From the NCBI GenBank assembly GCA_027451365.1, contig DAIDJN010000039.1, forward strand, positions 1 to 61,856: a DNA stretch of 61,856 bases. The letters run 5' to 3'. Position numbers and translations under genes: made by a program. The notes below the pieces were generated by a model, which searched no databases, was not told the DNA's origin, and saw nothing but the letters and a program-made list of their open reading frames with translations. This DNA is from Phycisphaerales bacterium (GTDB lineage: Bacteria; Planctomycetota; Phycisphaerae; WQYP01). Positions 1-9,535 of this stretch are shown piece after piece. Every line of letters begins with the position of its first letter. The first letter of the stretch is position 1.

Positions 1-1
1 C

Positions 2-169
2 ATTGAACTGACCTCCGTGGGCGTATCGCTATCGCTGATTGGCGCAGCGGCACTGCAACGATTGAACCATCGACTGACCAATCCGGATGAACCGCGCAGA
101 AATATTCTGTTTGATGTTTCCCTGGTGGCCGGAAAATCCACGGCACCGGTGGCGAACAGACCGGTTTAA
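2..169 (+). CDS. C-terminal end of a LacI/GntR-type regulator with a periplasmic-binding-protein-like sensor domain (partial, runs off the window)
   Basis: Hand translation gives IELTSVGVSLSLIGAAALQRLNHRLTNPDEPRRNILFDVSLVAGKSTAPVANRPV*, matching the LTT(V)...G..A...L...L..R.ST tail of LacI-family sensor domains. Confidence 0.65.
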   Translation: MELTSVGVSLSLIGAAALQRLNHRLTNPDEPRRNILFDVSLVAGKSTAPVANRPV

Positions 170-293
170 CGACTGCATCACAACGGAGCGTCGGCCGGAA
201 GCTTCAGATGCGCTTTTTAAACGTCGCCTATCGCCAAACACGCGGGTGGGCAAATCATATATGAACATCTGCTCGCACAACGCATGTATCAGC

Positions 294-311
294 AAACGTT
301 TGTGCGCACAA
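294..311. promoter_or_regulatory. Candidate LacI-family operator
   Basis: Perfect palindrome TTGTGCGCACAA (300-311) with central CG, overlapping AAACGTTT (294-301). A related site TGCTCGCACAA lies at 270-280. Confidence 0.5.
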
Positions 312-433
312 TTCAGATTGTCGCGATACTGTCCGGGAAATTGACCAAATAGAATTGCCACTGGCAAAACGATCGGTATCGTGTAAAATTCAGCTTGGTA
401 TGAGTGTGTTTTTATCATGAGAAAAATTAAATT

Positions 434-1399
434 ATGCGCATTCTTCTTACGACCACAAGTTTTCAAGATACCCCCGGAAAACATCATGACATTCTTGCGC
501 ACAGTGGGATGGAAATTGTAACCCAGCGTGGGCCGATCGACGAAGCCAAAATGCTGGGACTCGTGCGCCAGGGAGGTGGTTTTGATGGATTCCTGAATGG
601 CGATGACGCGATTACCGCCAAAGTAATTGATGCCGCACTGCCCCGCTTAAAAGTGATTGCCAAATATGGCATCGGATTGGATTCGATTGACGTTAAATAT
701 GCCACGGAAAGACGCATTCCGGTCCTGTTTACTCCAGGCGTCAACGAAACCACCGTCGCCGAACATACGATGGGACTCATGGTTGCGGTATCCAAATTTT
801 TCTGGTGGCATTTAAGGGCCGTCAAGGCGGGCCGCTGGGACCGTAAAACCGGATGCGAACTGTTTGATAAAACTTTAGGCGTGGTGGGCATGGGCCGCAT
901 TGGCAAGGAAGTCATTAAGCGTGGCCATGCCTTTGGGCTTAAACCGATAGCTTTTGGTCACCATTTTGACGCCGAGTTTGCGGCCGCATACGGCGTGCGC
1001 CGCGCCGCCACGACCGATGAATTATTTGCCGCGTCTGACATTATTTCGCTGCACACTAATCTGACCCCAGAAACCCGCGGGCTGATTAACCAGCGCACGC
1101 TGGGATTAATGAAAGATGGCACCATTCTTATCAACACGGCCCGCGGCGGTCTGGTCGTAGAAGCCGATATTGTCGCGGCCTGCAAAAGTGGCAAATTATG
1201 GGGATACGGTGCGGATGTCCTGATCCACGAGCCTGTTGAGCAGCACCACCCGTTCAGCGACATTGACAATATCATTGTCACACCGCACATCGGCAGCCGA
1301 ACGCTGGAAAGCGTCCAGCGGCAGGGCATGCGGGCGGCCCACAACCTGGTGAATTTTCTTACCGGAAAACCCGATTTTATTCAGGCCAATCCATTCTGA
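434..1399 (+). CDS. D-isomer-specific 2-hydroxyacid dehydrogenase (phosphoglycerate dehydrogenase-like, no ACT domain)
   Basis: Motifs GIGLDSID, GVVGMGRIG, LINTARGGLV and TPHIG. Confidence 0.9.
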   Translation: MRILLTTTSFQDTPGKHHDILAHSGMEIVTQRGPIDEAKMLGLVRQGGGFDGFLNGDDAITAKVIDAALPRLKVIAKYGIGLDSIDVKYATERRIPVLFTPGVNETTVAEHTMGLMVAVSKFFWWHLRAVKAGRWDRKTGCELFDKTLGVVGMGRIGKEVIKRGHAFGLKPIAFGHHFDAEFAAAYGVRRAATTDELFAASDIISLHTNLTPETRGLINQRTLGLMKDGTILINTARGGLVVEADIVAACKSGKLWGYGADVLIHEPVEQHHPFSDIDNIIVTPHIGSRTLESVQRQGMRAAHNLVNFLTGKPDFIQANPF

Positions 1400-1435
1400 T
1401 TATTATTCCCCAAATTTACAAAACGAGGTTCATTC

Positions 1436-2530
1436 ATGGAATATCTGCTTATGCCCTTCGCCACCCATGACCGCATTGTGGAAGCGGCTTACAAAAAGCG
1501 TGGATACAACGCCGAAGAATGCGCGGCGGCCGCACGCTTCTGCCGAACAGCATCGCGCCACGGGATTCGCACCCACAATGCCATCAAGGCAATTCATTTG
1601 GATGACCATTTTGGTTCCGGTGCCGGCGGGTGCAGTCCAGGTGCGGAAATTGAAAAACTGCCGCCGCGCTATCCGGCGGTGGAACGTTGGAATGCCAACC
1701 AGAAACTGGGCATGGCGGTGGCTTTTGATGCCATGGCGCGGTGCATGGAACTGGCTGATAAATACGGAACCGGAACGGTGGCGGTGGACAATGCGTTTCA
1801 TTATCTCTGGGGCGGGGGCTATGTTCTGGATGCCGCCGAAAAAGGCTATATCGCCTATACCTGCTGCACGGCGGCGCTGGCCGAAGTGGTCCCGTTTGGT
1901 GGCAAATTCCCGACACTGGGCACCAACCCCCATTCCTGGGGATTACCGACGCGCGCGGCAATTGGCTTTGACATTTGTATAGACTGGGCCACCAGTACTG
2001 TGGCCATGGGCCGCGTGCAGCAGTTTCTGCGGGAAGGTAAATCGCTGCCACCAAAATCCGCTGTGGACAGTGAAGGGCGGGAAACAACCGATCCGAAAAA
2101 AGTCGCCGCGCTGCTGCCCTTTGGCGATCATAAGGGCTATGGACTGGCGCTGCTGGATGAATTAATGGGCGGATTTATTGGCGGTTCGCTTCCGACACTC
2201 CGCAGCCGCCGCAGCCCGACAGTTAAAAATGAAAAGCATACCCCTTGTTTCTATTTCCAGTGCATGAAGCCGGATGCCATTGATTGCGAGTCGTTCGCTC
2301 AGGGACGTTCACAGGCGGAAAACCTTCGAGCTGTTATCGCTGATATTCTGGGCCATGGCAATGATAAATGCCTGCTGCCCGGAGAGCCGGAGGCGATGGC
2401 CGCGAAGTTGACCGATCAGCACGGCGGACTGCTTTTCAGCCGGGCCGAAGCGCAGGCATTTGAAGAAATTGGCCGCGAGGCCGGCATTGTGGTAAAGACC
2501 GGTGATTTTCAAACAGTAGAGGTTGGTTGA
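1436..2530 (+). CDS. Ldh_2-family (malate/L-lactate/ureidoglycolate/YiaK-like) oxidoreductase
   Basis: Motifs HGIRTH, VVPFGG..PTLGTNP, DWATS, LLPFGDHKGYGL and LPGEPE. Confidence 0.85.
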   Translation: MEYLLMPFATHDRIVEAAYKKRGYNAEECAAAARFCRTASRHGIRTHNAIKAIHLDDHFGSGAGGCSPGAEIEKLPPRYPAVERWNANQKLGMAVAFDAMARCMELADKYGTGTVAVDNAFHYLWGGGYVLDAAEKGYIAYTCCTAALAEVVPFGGKFPTLGTNPHSWGLPTRAAIGFDICIDWATSTVAMGRVQQFLREGKSLPPKSAVDSEGRETTDPKKVAALLPFGDHKGYGLALLDELMGGFIGGSLPTLRSRRSPTVKNEKHTPCFYFQCMKPDAIDCESFAQGRSQAENLRAVIADILGHGNDKCLLPGEPEAMAAKLTDQHGGLLFSRAEAQAFEEIGREAGIVVKTGDFQTVEVG

Positions 2531-2532
2531 CT

Positions 2533-3324
2533 ATGTCAGATCAGAATCGATTCTGCGGACTGAATATAGGCGGAATGGTATGCCTGGTAACCGGCGGCAC
2601 CAGCGGATTAGGCAAAGCCATTGCCCTGGGGCTGGCCGCCGCCGGAGCGAGGGTTGTTGCGGCCTCATCCAATCCGGAGAAAGTTCGGGCTATGGGGCGG
2701 GAACTTGGCGGCGATCACCTGGCCATGGAACTGGATGTCTGCAATGAACAGCAGGCAGCCGCGGTGGTGCAGGAAATACAGACCAAATGCGGACGTCTGG
2801 ACGCCGTGGTGCATGCGGCCGGCGTCATTCGCAAGGTTCCATCAATGGATATGTCCGTAGCGGACTTTGACCTGGTGGTACGGACAAATTTGACAGGAAG
2901 CTTCATCATCAGCCAAGCGGCTGGTCGGGCGATGCGCCGGCAATCGCCCGACGCACGGGGCTTGCGCGGCGCTATTGTGCTGGTTGCATCTCTAAATTCA
3001 TATATGTCACTATCTGAAGTATTGGCATATGCCGCAAGCAAATCCGGAGTATTGGGCCTTATTCGCGGGCTGGCCAATGAATGGGCGCAATATGGAATTC
3101 GTGTGAACGGTCTGGCACCGGGCGTATTTCCCACAGACCTCAATCGTCCGCTGATTGAAGGCACGCCGCGCGGCGAATGGCTTAAAAAGCACACGCCCCT
3201 TAACCGGTTCGGAAACGCCGATGAGGTGGTGGGAGCCGCGATTTATCTGGTGTCCCCCTCCGCCAGTTACACCACTGGCCACACTATGGTGATTGATGGC
3301 GGCTTTTTGACCCGCGGCGTATAA
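2533..3324 (+). CDS. SDR oxidoreductase (KduD/gluconate 5-dehydrogenase-like)
   Basis: TGGTSGLG, YAASK, NEWAQYGIRVNGLAPGVFPT and IDGGF motifs. GAGG RBS before ATG 2533. Confidence 0.85.
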   Translation: MSDQNRFCGLNIGGMVCLVTGGTSGLGKAIALGLAAAGARVVAASSNPEKVRAMGRELGGDHLAMELDVCNEQQAAAVVQEIQTKCGRLDAVVHAAGVIRKVPSMDMSVADFDLVVRTNLTGSFIISQAAGRAMRRQSPDARGLRGAIVLVASLNSYMSLSEVLAYAASKSGVLGLIRGLANEWAQYGIRVNGLAPGVFPTDLNRPLIEGTPRGEWLKKHTPLNRFGNADEVVGAAIYLVSPSASYTTGHTMVIDGGFLTRGV

Positions 3325-3518
3325 CGCTGGCGGCCGATTACCCCAAGCTTCTGCCCGGCGGATATGCAATTCAGCCAAACCGGTCTGGCACATGTTATAA
3401 TTGTCGGAACATCGCAACGCCTTAGGGGCGGCTGTGCGCATGAGGCCAAACGGGCGGCTACATGCGATCTGTGACCGGATGTCCAGCTAAAGCCGTGGCA
3501 CCAATGATGGGAGCGGTT

Positions 3519-4940
3519 GTGACGGATTTATTTGCCTCGGCTAAAAACAAACGCCTTACCGCCGCCGAACCGCTTGCTGCACGCATGCGACCGCGCAATA
3601 TCGATGAATTTGCCGGGCAAAGCCGGATTCTTGGCCCGGGTCGGCTTTTGCGCCGTATGATTGAAGCCGATCAACTGGTCAGCGTTATTTTTTATGGTCC
3701 GCCCGGTACTGGCAAAACCACCTTGGCCAAGCTGATTGCCGACCTCACTCGGCGCCGCTTCGTCGAATTAAATGCCACTACCGCCGGCGTTAAGGAAGTG
3801 CGCGACCTTCTGGCCGCAGCGCGTACGGATCTGGAAAATACCGGACAGCGCACCGTGCTTTTTCTGGATGAAATTCATCGCTTTAATCGGGCACAGCAGG
3901 ACATTCTTCTGCCCGATGTGGAACGCGGCGTCGTGACACTGATCGGCGCCACCACGGGCAATCCATTTTTCTCCATTAACGCACCCCTGGTATCGAGAAG
4001 TCAGATATTTCAGTTTGAACCGCTCACGCCCGAGGAAATTGCGTCCGTCATACGCCGTGCCGTCCAGGACATGGATCGCGGCTTTGGACGATTGAATTTG
4101 CATATCCACCCCGCCGCTCTGGATTTCCTGTCTGTGCATAGCGAAGGCGATGCCCGCCGGGCGCTTATGGCATTGGAATTGGCGGTTAAAAGCCAGCAGG
4201 CTCAAAGGCCAGCTTCCCCTGCGGACCAAACCAACGCCAAGCCCGAAGTTAATTCCACGCCCCCTGTGGAAATCACCCTGGAAATTGCCCGGGAATGTGT
4301 TCAGGCCAAGGCACTCGTCTACGACCCGACTGGCGACGACCATTATGATTCGGCAAGCGCACTAATTAAATCCATGCGCGGCAGCGATCCGGATGCCGCC
4401 ATCTACTGGCTCGCTCGCATGTTGGCTGCCGGTGAAGACCCCCGATTCATTGCCCGCCGGATTGCCATATGCGCATCCGAAGATATTGGCAATGCCGACC
4501 CCATGGCCACGGTGCTTGCGGCCGCAGCCATCCAGATCACCGAATTTGTCGGCATGCCCGAATGCCGCCTCACTTTGGCCCAAGCGGTCACATATCTGGC
4601 GACTTGCCCGAAAAGCAACGCCGCCACAGTTGCCATCGATTCTGCGACCAGGGATGTTAAAGAACAACGAGCTGTGCCGGTGCCTCGACATTTGCGGGAT
4701 ACTCATTATGCCGGTGCCCAGCGACTTGGCCACAAGGGTTATCAATACGCGCATGACTCTAAGGATGGCTACGTGTCGCAGGATTATCTGGGGGTTGACC
4801 GATCTTATTACTTGCCGGTTAACCGTGGCCATGAAGCTGTCATACGCGGATATCTGGAAAAATTACGGGCAATTGACCAGGCCAGAGGCACGCCATCTCA
4901 CCCAGAGGAAGAGGGCCCGGAGGATGAGGCGGAAACATAA
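3519..4940 (+). CDS. rarA: Replication-associated recombination protein A (RarA/MgsA AAA+ ATPase)
   Basis: PLAARMRP, GPPGTGKTT, DEIHRFN, SALIKSMRGSDPDA and SEDIGNADP motifs. Start placed at the GTG after GGGAG. Confidence 0.95.
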   Translation: MTDLFASAKNKRLTAAEPLAARMRPRNIDEFAGQSRILGPGRLLRRMIEADQLVSVIFYGPPGTGKTTLAKLIADLTRRRFVELNATTAGVKEVRDLLAAARTDLENTGQRTVLFLDEIHRFNRAQQDILLPDVERGVVTLIGATTGNPFFSINAPLVSRSQIFQFEPLTPEEIASVIRRAVQDMDRGFGRLNLHIHPAALDFLSVHSEGDARRALMALELAVKSQQAQRPASPADQTNAKPEVNSTPPVEITLEIARECVQAKALVYDPTGDDHYDSASALIKSMRGSDPDAAIYWLARMLAAGEDPRFIARRIAICASEDIGNADPMATVLAAAAIQITEFVGMPECRLTLAQAVTYLATCPKSNAATVAIDSATRDVKEQRAVPVPRHLRDTHYAGAQRLGHKGYQYAHDSKDGYVSQDYLGVDRSYYLPVNRGHEAVIRGYLEKLRAIDQARGTPSHPEEEGPEDEAET

Positions 4941-5200
4941 CCGCCAATTCGGTACGGTCGCTATCAATGATTGCACATAAATTTTGACATCACAACCTGT
5001 TCGATCTGGCTCGTGGGAGCACAGGCCGGCGCTCTTACATTTAACTGGCTCCGGCGTCGCTTTACATTCAATACCACCAGATATTTCGCGGGTCCTTTCT
5101 GGTCGGCCGCAACTTTTGATAGAATCTCTCCGGGTTTTGGGATAAACTAACTGGCGTCAAACATCGTTCGCCGTTACGGCTCGCATGGAGGTAATCAAAA

Positions 5201-5989
5201 ATGCAGTCTCTCTACAATAAAAGCTGGGATCAACTCAAATCTGACCGCAGTCAATTCAAGGAAGATATTGATCAAGAAGCGACCCCAATATTAGTGTTTG
5301 GCCAATTCAAAAGCGCCAGGATCGTGACAGTTGGACTGAATCCCTCCGAGCGAGAATTCCGTGAGTCAAGTAAGCCGTTAAAAGGCGACAAACAGCGTTT
5401 CCTGCATTGGCCAAGAGATGGGCAACTTACGAGCGACCTGCGGAAAATGGCGTTCGAGCGAATGACTAACTATTTTACACGTGGACAGGCCTATTCGCGT
5501 TGGTTTGACAGGTATTCGCCGCTGCTTTGCAGCCTGTCAGCGTGTTACAAGTCAGGCACCGCTTGCCACACGGACGTGATTTCCCCCTTCGCCACCGCGC
5601 GAGGCATTAATAGATGCAAAGGCTCTAACGTAAGGTACCTCAAAAAGTTTGGCCGCCCGATGTGGCTCGAGGTCATGAAAAAAATACCTCACGCGGAATT
5701 GGTTTTCGGATGCGGCTCGGTGCGGCATTCGTTTGAGGAGCTATTGCATATACCGACCTGGCGGAAGCCCTCGGCCGAATTAGGTAAGAAGGTCAGCGAG
5801 AAAAAAATCAAACCGCCGTTTCTAGTCTACGCCAAGGCCAAGTTACCCGGAACTGAGCGTTCCATTATCATTTTCTGCTGGAAGCCGAATAGGTATGGCT
5901 CTCCATTATGTTGGCTAAGCGATAAGGACTCAGAAAATCTAGGAAATATCGTTCGTGACACAGCGAGGCGTGAAGGTTTCCTTAAATAA
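5201..5989 (+). CDS. Hypothetical protein, possible uracil-DNA-glycosylase-like fold
   Basis: GGAGG RBS. N-terminal PILVFG...IVTVGLNPS..EF resembles UDG-superfamily motif A. Lys/Arg-rich, and codon usage looks unlike the neighbours. Confidence 0.5.
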   Translation: MQSLYNKSWDQLKSDRSQFKEDIDQEATPILVFGQFKSARIVTVGLNPSEREFRESSKPLKGDKQRFLHWPRDGQLTSDLRKMAFERMTNYFTRGQAYSRWFDRYSPLLCSLSACYKSGTACHTDVISPFATARGINRCKGSNVRYLKKFGRPMWLEVMKKIPHAELVFGCGSVRHSFEELLHIPTWRKPSAELGKKVSEKKIKPPFLVYAKAKLPGTERSIIIFCWKPNRYGSPLCWLSDKDSENLGNIVRDTARREGFLK

Positions 5990-6412
5990 GGCCGATGAGC
6001 CGCCAGGCCTTCGCCCACGACCGCCGCGCCGAAGCACAGACGGCGGTAGACGCGCTGCCCGTCAACTGGATACCGGAAAGTCGCCAAATCCCCCGGTCTT
6101 TTAGTAAACGTCTCGCGAAGTGCAGGTCGCCCCAGGCTGGCTGTTATTTTCAAAATTTCAACTGCGGCGGTCAGATAGGCTGTCGGCGGTTCGGGATATT
6201 GTGATTCTGGCCGGTTGCGGTGTGGTTCGCCTCGAAAAACCGCCTGCGACGAATGGCGGGCGGTCCACTGCAGCCTGTTCGCGGCAGACTGCGTGTTTTT
6301 AAGCGGCCGCTTGTTCCGATGCGGCTAAGGGCGGTTCAGGAGTTGCGGCTTGGTGACACCCCTGGTTCTCTTTTTTTAACTGTTCCGTATATTAATCGGG
6401 CATTGTTTTGCA

Positions 6413-7408
6413 TCAGGCTGGAATTCCGAGCTTTTCCCGGTAGTACCGAATCGTAATCGCCAAGCCATCTTTGCGGGCAATGGAAGGTTCCCAGCCGAGA
6501 AGCTTTTTGGCCAGACTGATATTCGGACAACGCTGTTTTGGATCATCCGGCGGAAGGGGAAGATGCATAATCTCGCTTTTGGAACCAACCAGGGCGCGAA
6601 TTTCCAGGGCCAGTTCCTTCATGGTAACTTCCTCCGGATTGCCGATATTAACCGGCAGGTGATATTCCGGCGATTCCATAAGCAACAGAAAGCCGCGAAT
6701 TTCATCCGCAACAAAGCATAATGACCGCGTTTGGGAACCATCGCCCTGAACGGTCAGAGGCTCGCCTCGAAGCGCCTGCTTGATAAACGCCACCACCACG
6801 CGGCCATCATCTACGGCCAATCGCGGTCCGTAGGTATTGAAGATTCTTACGATGCGGGTATCAACGCCACGTTCGCGGTGATAGGCCATGCACGCGGCTT
6901 CCATGAAGCGTTTGGATTCGTCGTACATGCTGCGCATTCCATTGGGGTTGACGTGCCCCCAATAGGATTCAGTTTGCGGATGCTCCAACGGATCGCCGTA
7001 ACATTCGCTGGTGGAGGCCACGAAGATGCGAGCTTTGTTTTTTTCAGCCATTTCGAGCAATTCAACGGTGGCCAGGGAATTGACCTTCAGCGTGTTAACC
7101 TGGTGCTTCACATAACCGACGGGGCTTGCCGGGCTGGCCAGATGCCAAATGCGGTCAAACTTTTCGTTCTGCACTTCGGCGGGAATTCCAGTGGCAAGGT
7201 CCGCCTGAATCAGGCGGAAGTTCGCATTGCCATTCAGGCCGGCCAGGTTTTCCTGGGCACCGGTTATCAGGCTGTCTACACCGGTTACGTGCTGTCCCAG
7301 CGAAACCAGGGCTTCAGCCAGGTGCGATCCCAGGAAGCCGGCAGCGCCGGTCAGCAAAACGCGACGGGCGTGTTTCGGATAAGAGGGAGGCAAATTCAGG
7401 TTCAGCAT
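6413..7408 (-). CDS. UDP-glucuronate decarboxylase family (extended SDR)
   Basis: TGAAGFLGSHL, HLASPASP, ASTSECYGDP, YDESKR and RIFNTYGPR motifs. Confidence 0.9.
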   Translation of the reverse strand: MLNLNLPPSYPKHARRVLLTGAAGFLGSHLAEALVSLGQHVTGVDSLITGAQENLAGLNGNANFRLIQADLATGIPAEVQNEKFDRIWHLASPASPVGYVKHQVNTLKVNSLATVELLEMAEKNKARIFVASTSECYGDPLEHPQTESYWGHVNPNGMRSMYDESKRFMEAACMAYHRERGVDTRIVRIFNTYGPRLAVDDGRVVVAFIKQALRGEPLTVQGDGSQTRSLCFVADEIRGFLLLMESPEYHLPVNIGNPEEVTMKELALEIRALVGSKSEIMHLPLPPDDPKQRCPNISLAKKLLGWEPSIARKDGLAITIRYYREKLGIPA

Positions 7409-7761
7409 CTTTTCGGATCCTTGTCGGACAATTATTCATAGACGGCAAGATATCTTACCTTCCAAGGCGAGCGGGCAATCGCCCGGCAACCTTAGCTTGG
7501 CTATTGTAATATTCAGGGGCCATTCTGTCATAAAATCACAATTCTGGTGATTTTTGATAGCTTTGGCCAGCGGCGGCAACGTTGTTATGGCAAAAGATTC
7601 GGTTCAATGAACCGGCACCAAGATGCAAAATGCGGGGGGGAAGTATTTGGGAGAGCGGGAGCTTAAATTCTTGTTATATTAGCGAGGTATGAACTGTTGG
7701 GGATATAAACGACCTGTCCCTGGCGACTTGTACAGATTGGATTAATGAAAGGAATTTCTAC

Positions 7762-9354
7762 ATGAATCCGCATTCGATGAATTGGAACAGACACAAGAAT
7801 TGGTCCGCATTTGCACGATTCTTCTTATTTTCAGCCGCGACAGCCGCCTGCATTGGCCTGGCCGCTGGTGCGGCCAAATCGGTGGCGGCGGCACCGGCCC
7901 AACCGAGCGGAACAATTCTGACGGTGTACAGTTCGGCGGATCCGTCGGCCTTTAATCCGCGGCAATGGGTTTACCAGACCGGGCAAGGCGGAATGGGCGA
8001 TCCGAACAGTGTGCCAGGCTTTGGCGTTGTGAAGCAGGTTCGCATCCTGAATTTAAAGGCGGGTGACAACACGGTTGATTTTACCAATGTGGCCGCCCTG
8101 ATTGACCCAACCTCGGTCAGCTTTTCAGACCTGACCGATCCAAAAGCTGCGGTGCTTGAACAGCAGTTCAAATTTGACCTGGTGAATCAGAACAGCATTT
8201 TGCAGAAGTATATCGGCCATAAGCTAAGCGTATGGGTGCCGGTGGGCAATCGGGGACTGGCCAACATCCATGGGCGACTGTTTCACGCGGGCGGTTCGCT
8301 TGTGCTGAAAACCAAAAACGGCATTGATATTCTTGCACCTCATACGGTGCAGCAAATTCGGCTGGCAGCTTTGCCGACGGGGCTTATTACAAAGCCGACA
8401 CTGGAATGGCAACTTTTTTCGCCCAAGGCCGGCAAGCAGAAATTACTTACCAGCTACCAGACCAAGGGATTGACCTGGATCGCGGATTACAACCTGGTTT
8501 TGAATACCGACAATACCAAGGCCGGCGTGGCGGCGTGGGTAACGCTGGTGAATTTATCCGGCAAAAGTTATCGGAACGCCCATTTGAAATTAATTGCCGG
8601 AACTGTAAACCGGATTCAGCCTCCGCAGCCGGTGTTTCTAATGGCGCGGGCGGCGAATATTGGCGGGGGCGCGCCGCAGGGGTTCCAGCAGAAGCGATTT
8701 TTTGAATATCACATGTATACGCTGCCACGGCGAACCACAATACCGGACAATTCCATGATTCAAATTGCCCTGTTTCCGACCCGCCAAGGGGTGAAGGTGG
8801 AGCGCGAACTGGAATTTTCCGGCCAGACCAACACTTACTGGTGGAATTACGCCAACAGTCCGGACCTGAATAATTCACCATCCATTCATTTTTCAGGATC
8901 GGCGGATGTGTATATCCGCCTGCAAAATTCCAAGGCCAACGGCATGGGAATGCCTTTGCCGCGGGGCAAGGTGCGGCTTTATAAACAGGATTCCGCGGAC
9001 GGCACACTGGAATTCGTTGGCGAAGACCTGTTAAAAGACACACCTAAAGATGGCCGCTTAAAAATTCATGCCGGACAGGCATTTGATATTACGGGCAGCC
9101 GGACGCAGACCAATTTTCATTCAGATAATGCTATGCGTACTCTGGATGAAACATTTAAGATTGTGCTCCATAATCACCAATCCAAGCCGGTGACCGTACA
9201 AGTGCCGCAATATTTATACCGCTGGAGCAACTGGAAAATTATCAAGACAAGCCAGAAATTCAAGAAGATAAATTCCCGGGAAATTAAGTTCCATCTGGCG
9301 GTTCCGGCGAATGGAAAGACCACACTGACGTATACAGTGCGCTATTCGTGGTAA
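7762..9354 (+). CDS. Secreted DUF4139-domain protein
   Basis: Signal peptide. LTVY, VAALIDPTSV, SYQTKGLTWIADY, FEYHMYTL and GMPLPRGKVRLY motifs. Confidence 0.85.
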   Translation: MNPHSMNWNRHKNWSAFARFFLFSAATAACIGLAAGAAKSVAAAPAQPSGTILTVYSSADPSAFNPRQWVYQTGQGGMGDPNSVPGFGVVKQVRILNLKAGDNTVDFTNVAALIDPTSVSFSDLTDPKAAVLEQQFKFDLVNQNSILQKYIGHKLSVWVPVGNRGLANIHGRLFHAGGSLVLKTKNGIDILAPHTVQQIRLAALPTGLITKPTLEWQLFSPKAGKQKLLTSYQTKGLTWIADYNLVLNTDNTKAGVAAWVTLVNLSGKSYRNAHLKLIAGTVNRIQPPQPVFLMARAANIGGGAPQGFQQKRFFEYHMYTLPRRTTIPDNSMIQIALFPTRQGVKVERELEFSGQTNTYWWNYANSPDLNNSPSIHFSGSADVYIRLQNSKANGMGMPLPRGKVRLYKQDSADGTLEFVGEDLLKDTPKDGRLKIHAGQAFDITGSRTQTNFHSDNAMRTLDETFKIVLHNHQSKPVTVQVPQYLYRWSNWKIIKTSQKFKKINSREIKFHLAVPANGKTTLTYTVRYSW

Positions 9355-9535
9355 AAGAGGTTTGTGACATCGGACAATCCGAAGGTGTTGATTCATTTCC
9401 CGATACAATCGGGAGATTGCGGCGTTCATGCCGCAACGGGCCACGACGACAGCTTTCACAATAGGAAAACGGAGGATATCCGGTGCGATTGCTGCGACGG
9501 CCTGATTGAATTTTCATTCCAGACCTTGAGTCATG

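Noticed and set aside
5995..6100. AHDRRAEAQTAVDALP as a possible tyrosine-recombinase tail
   Set aside because: Too short, with no catalytic Tyr context or att site visible.
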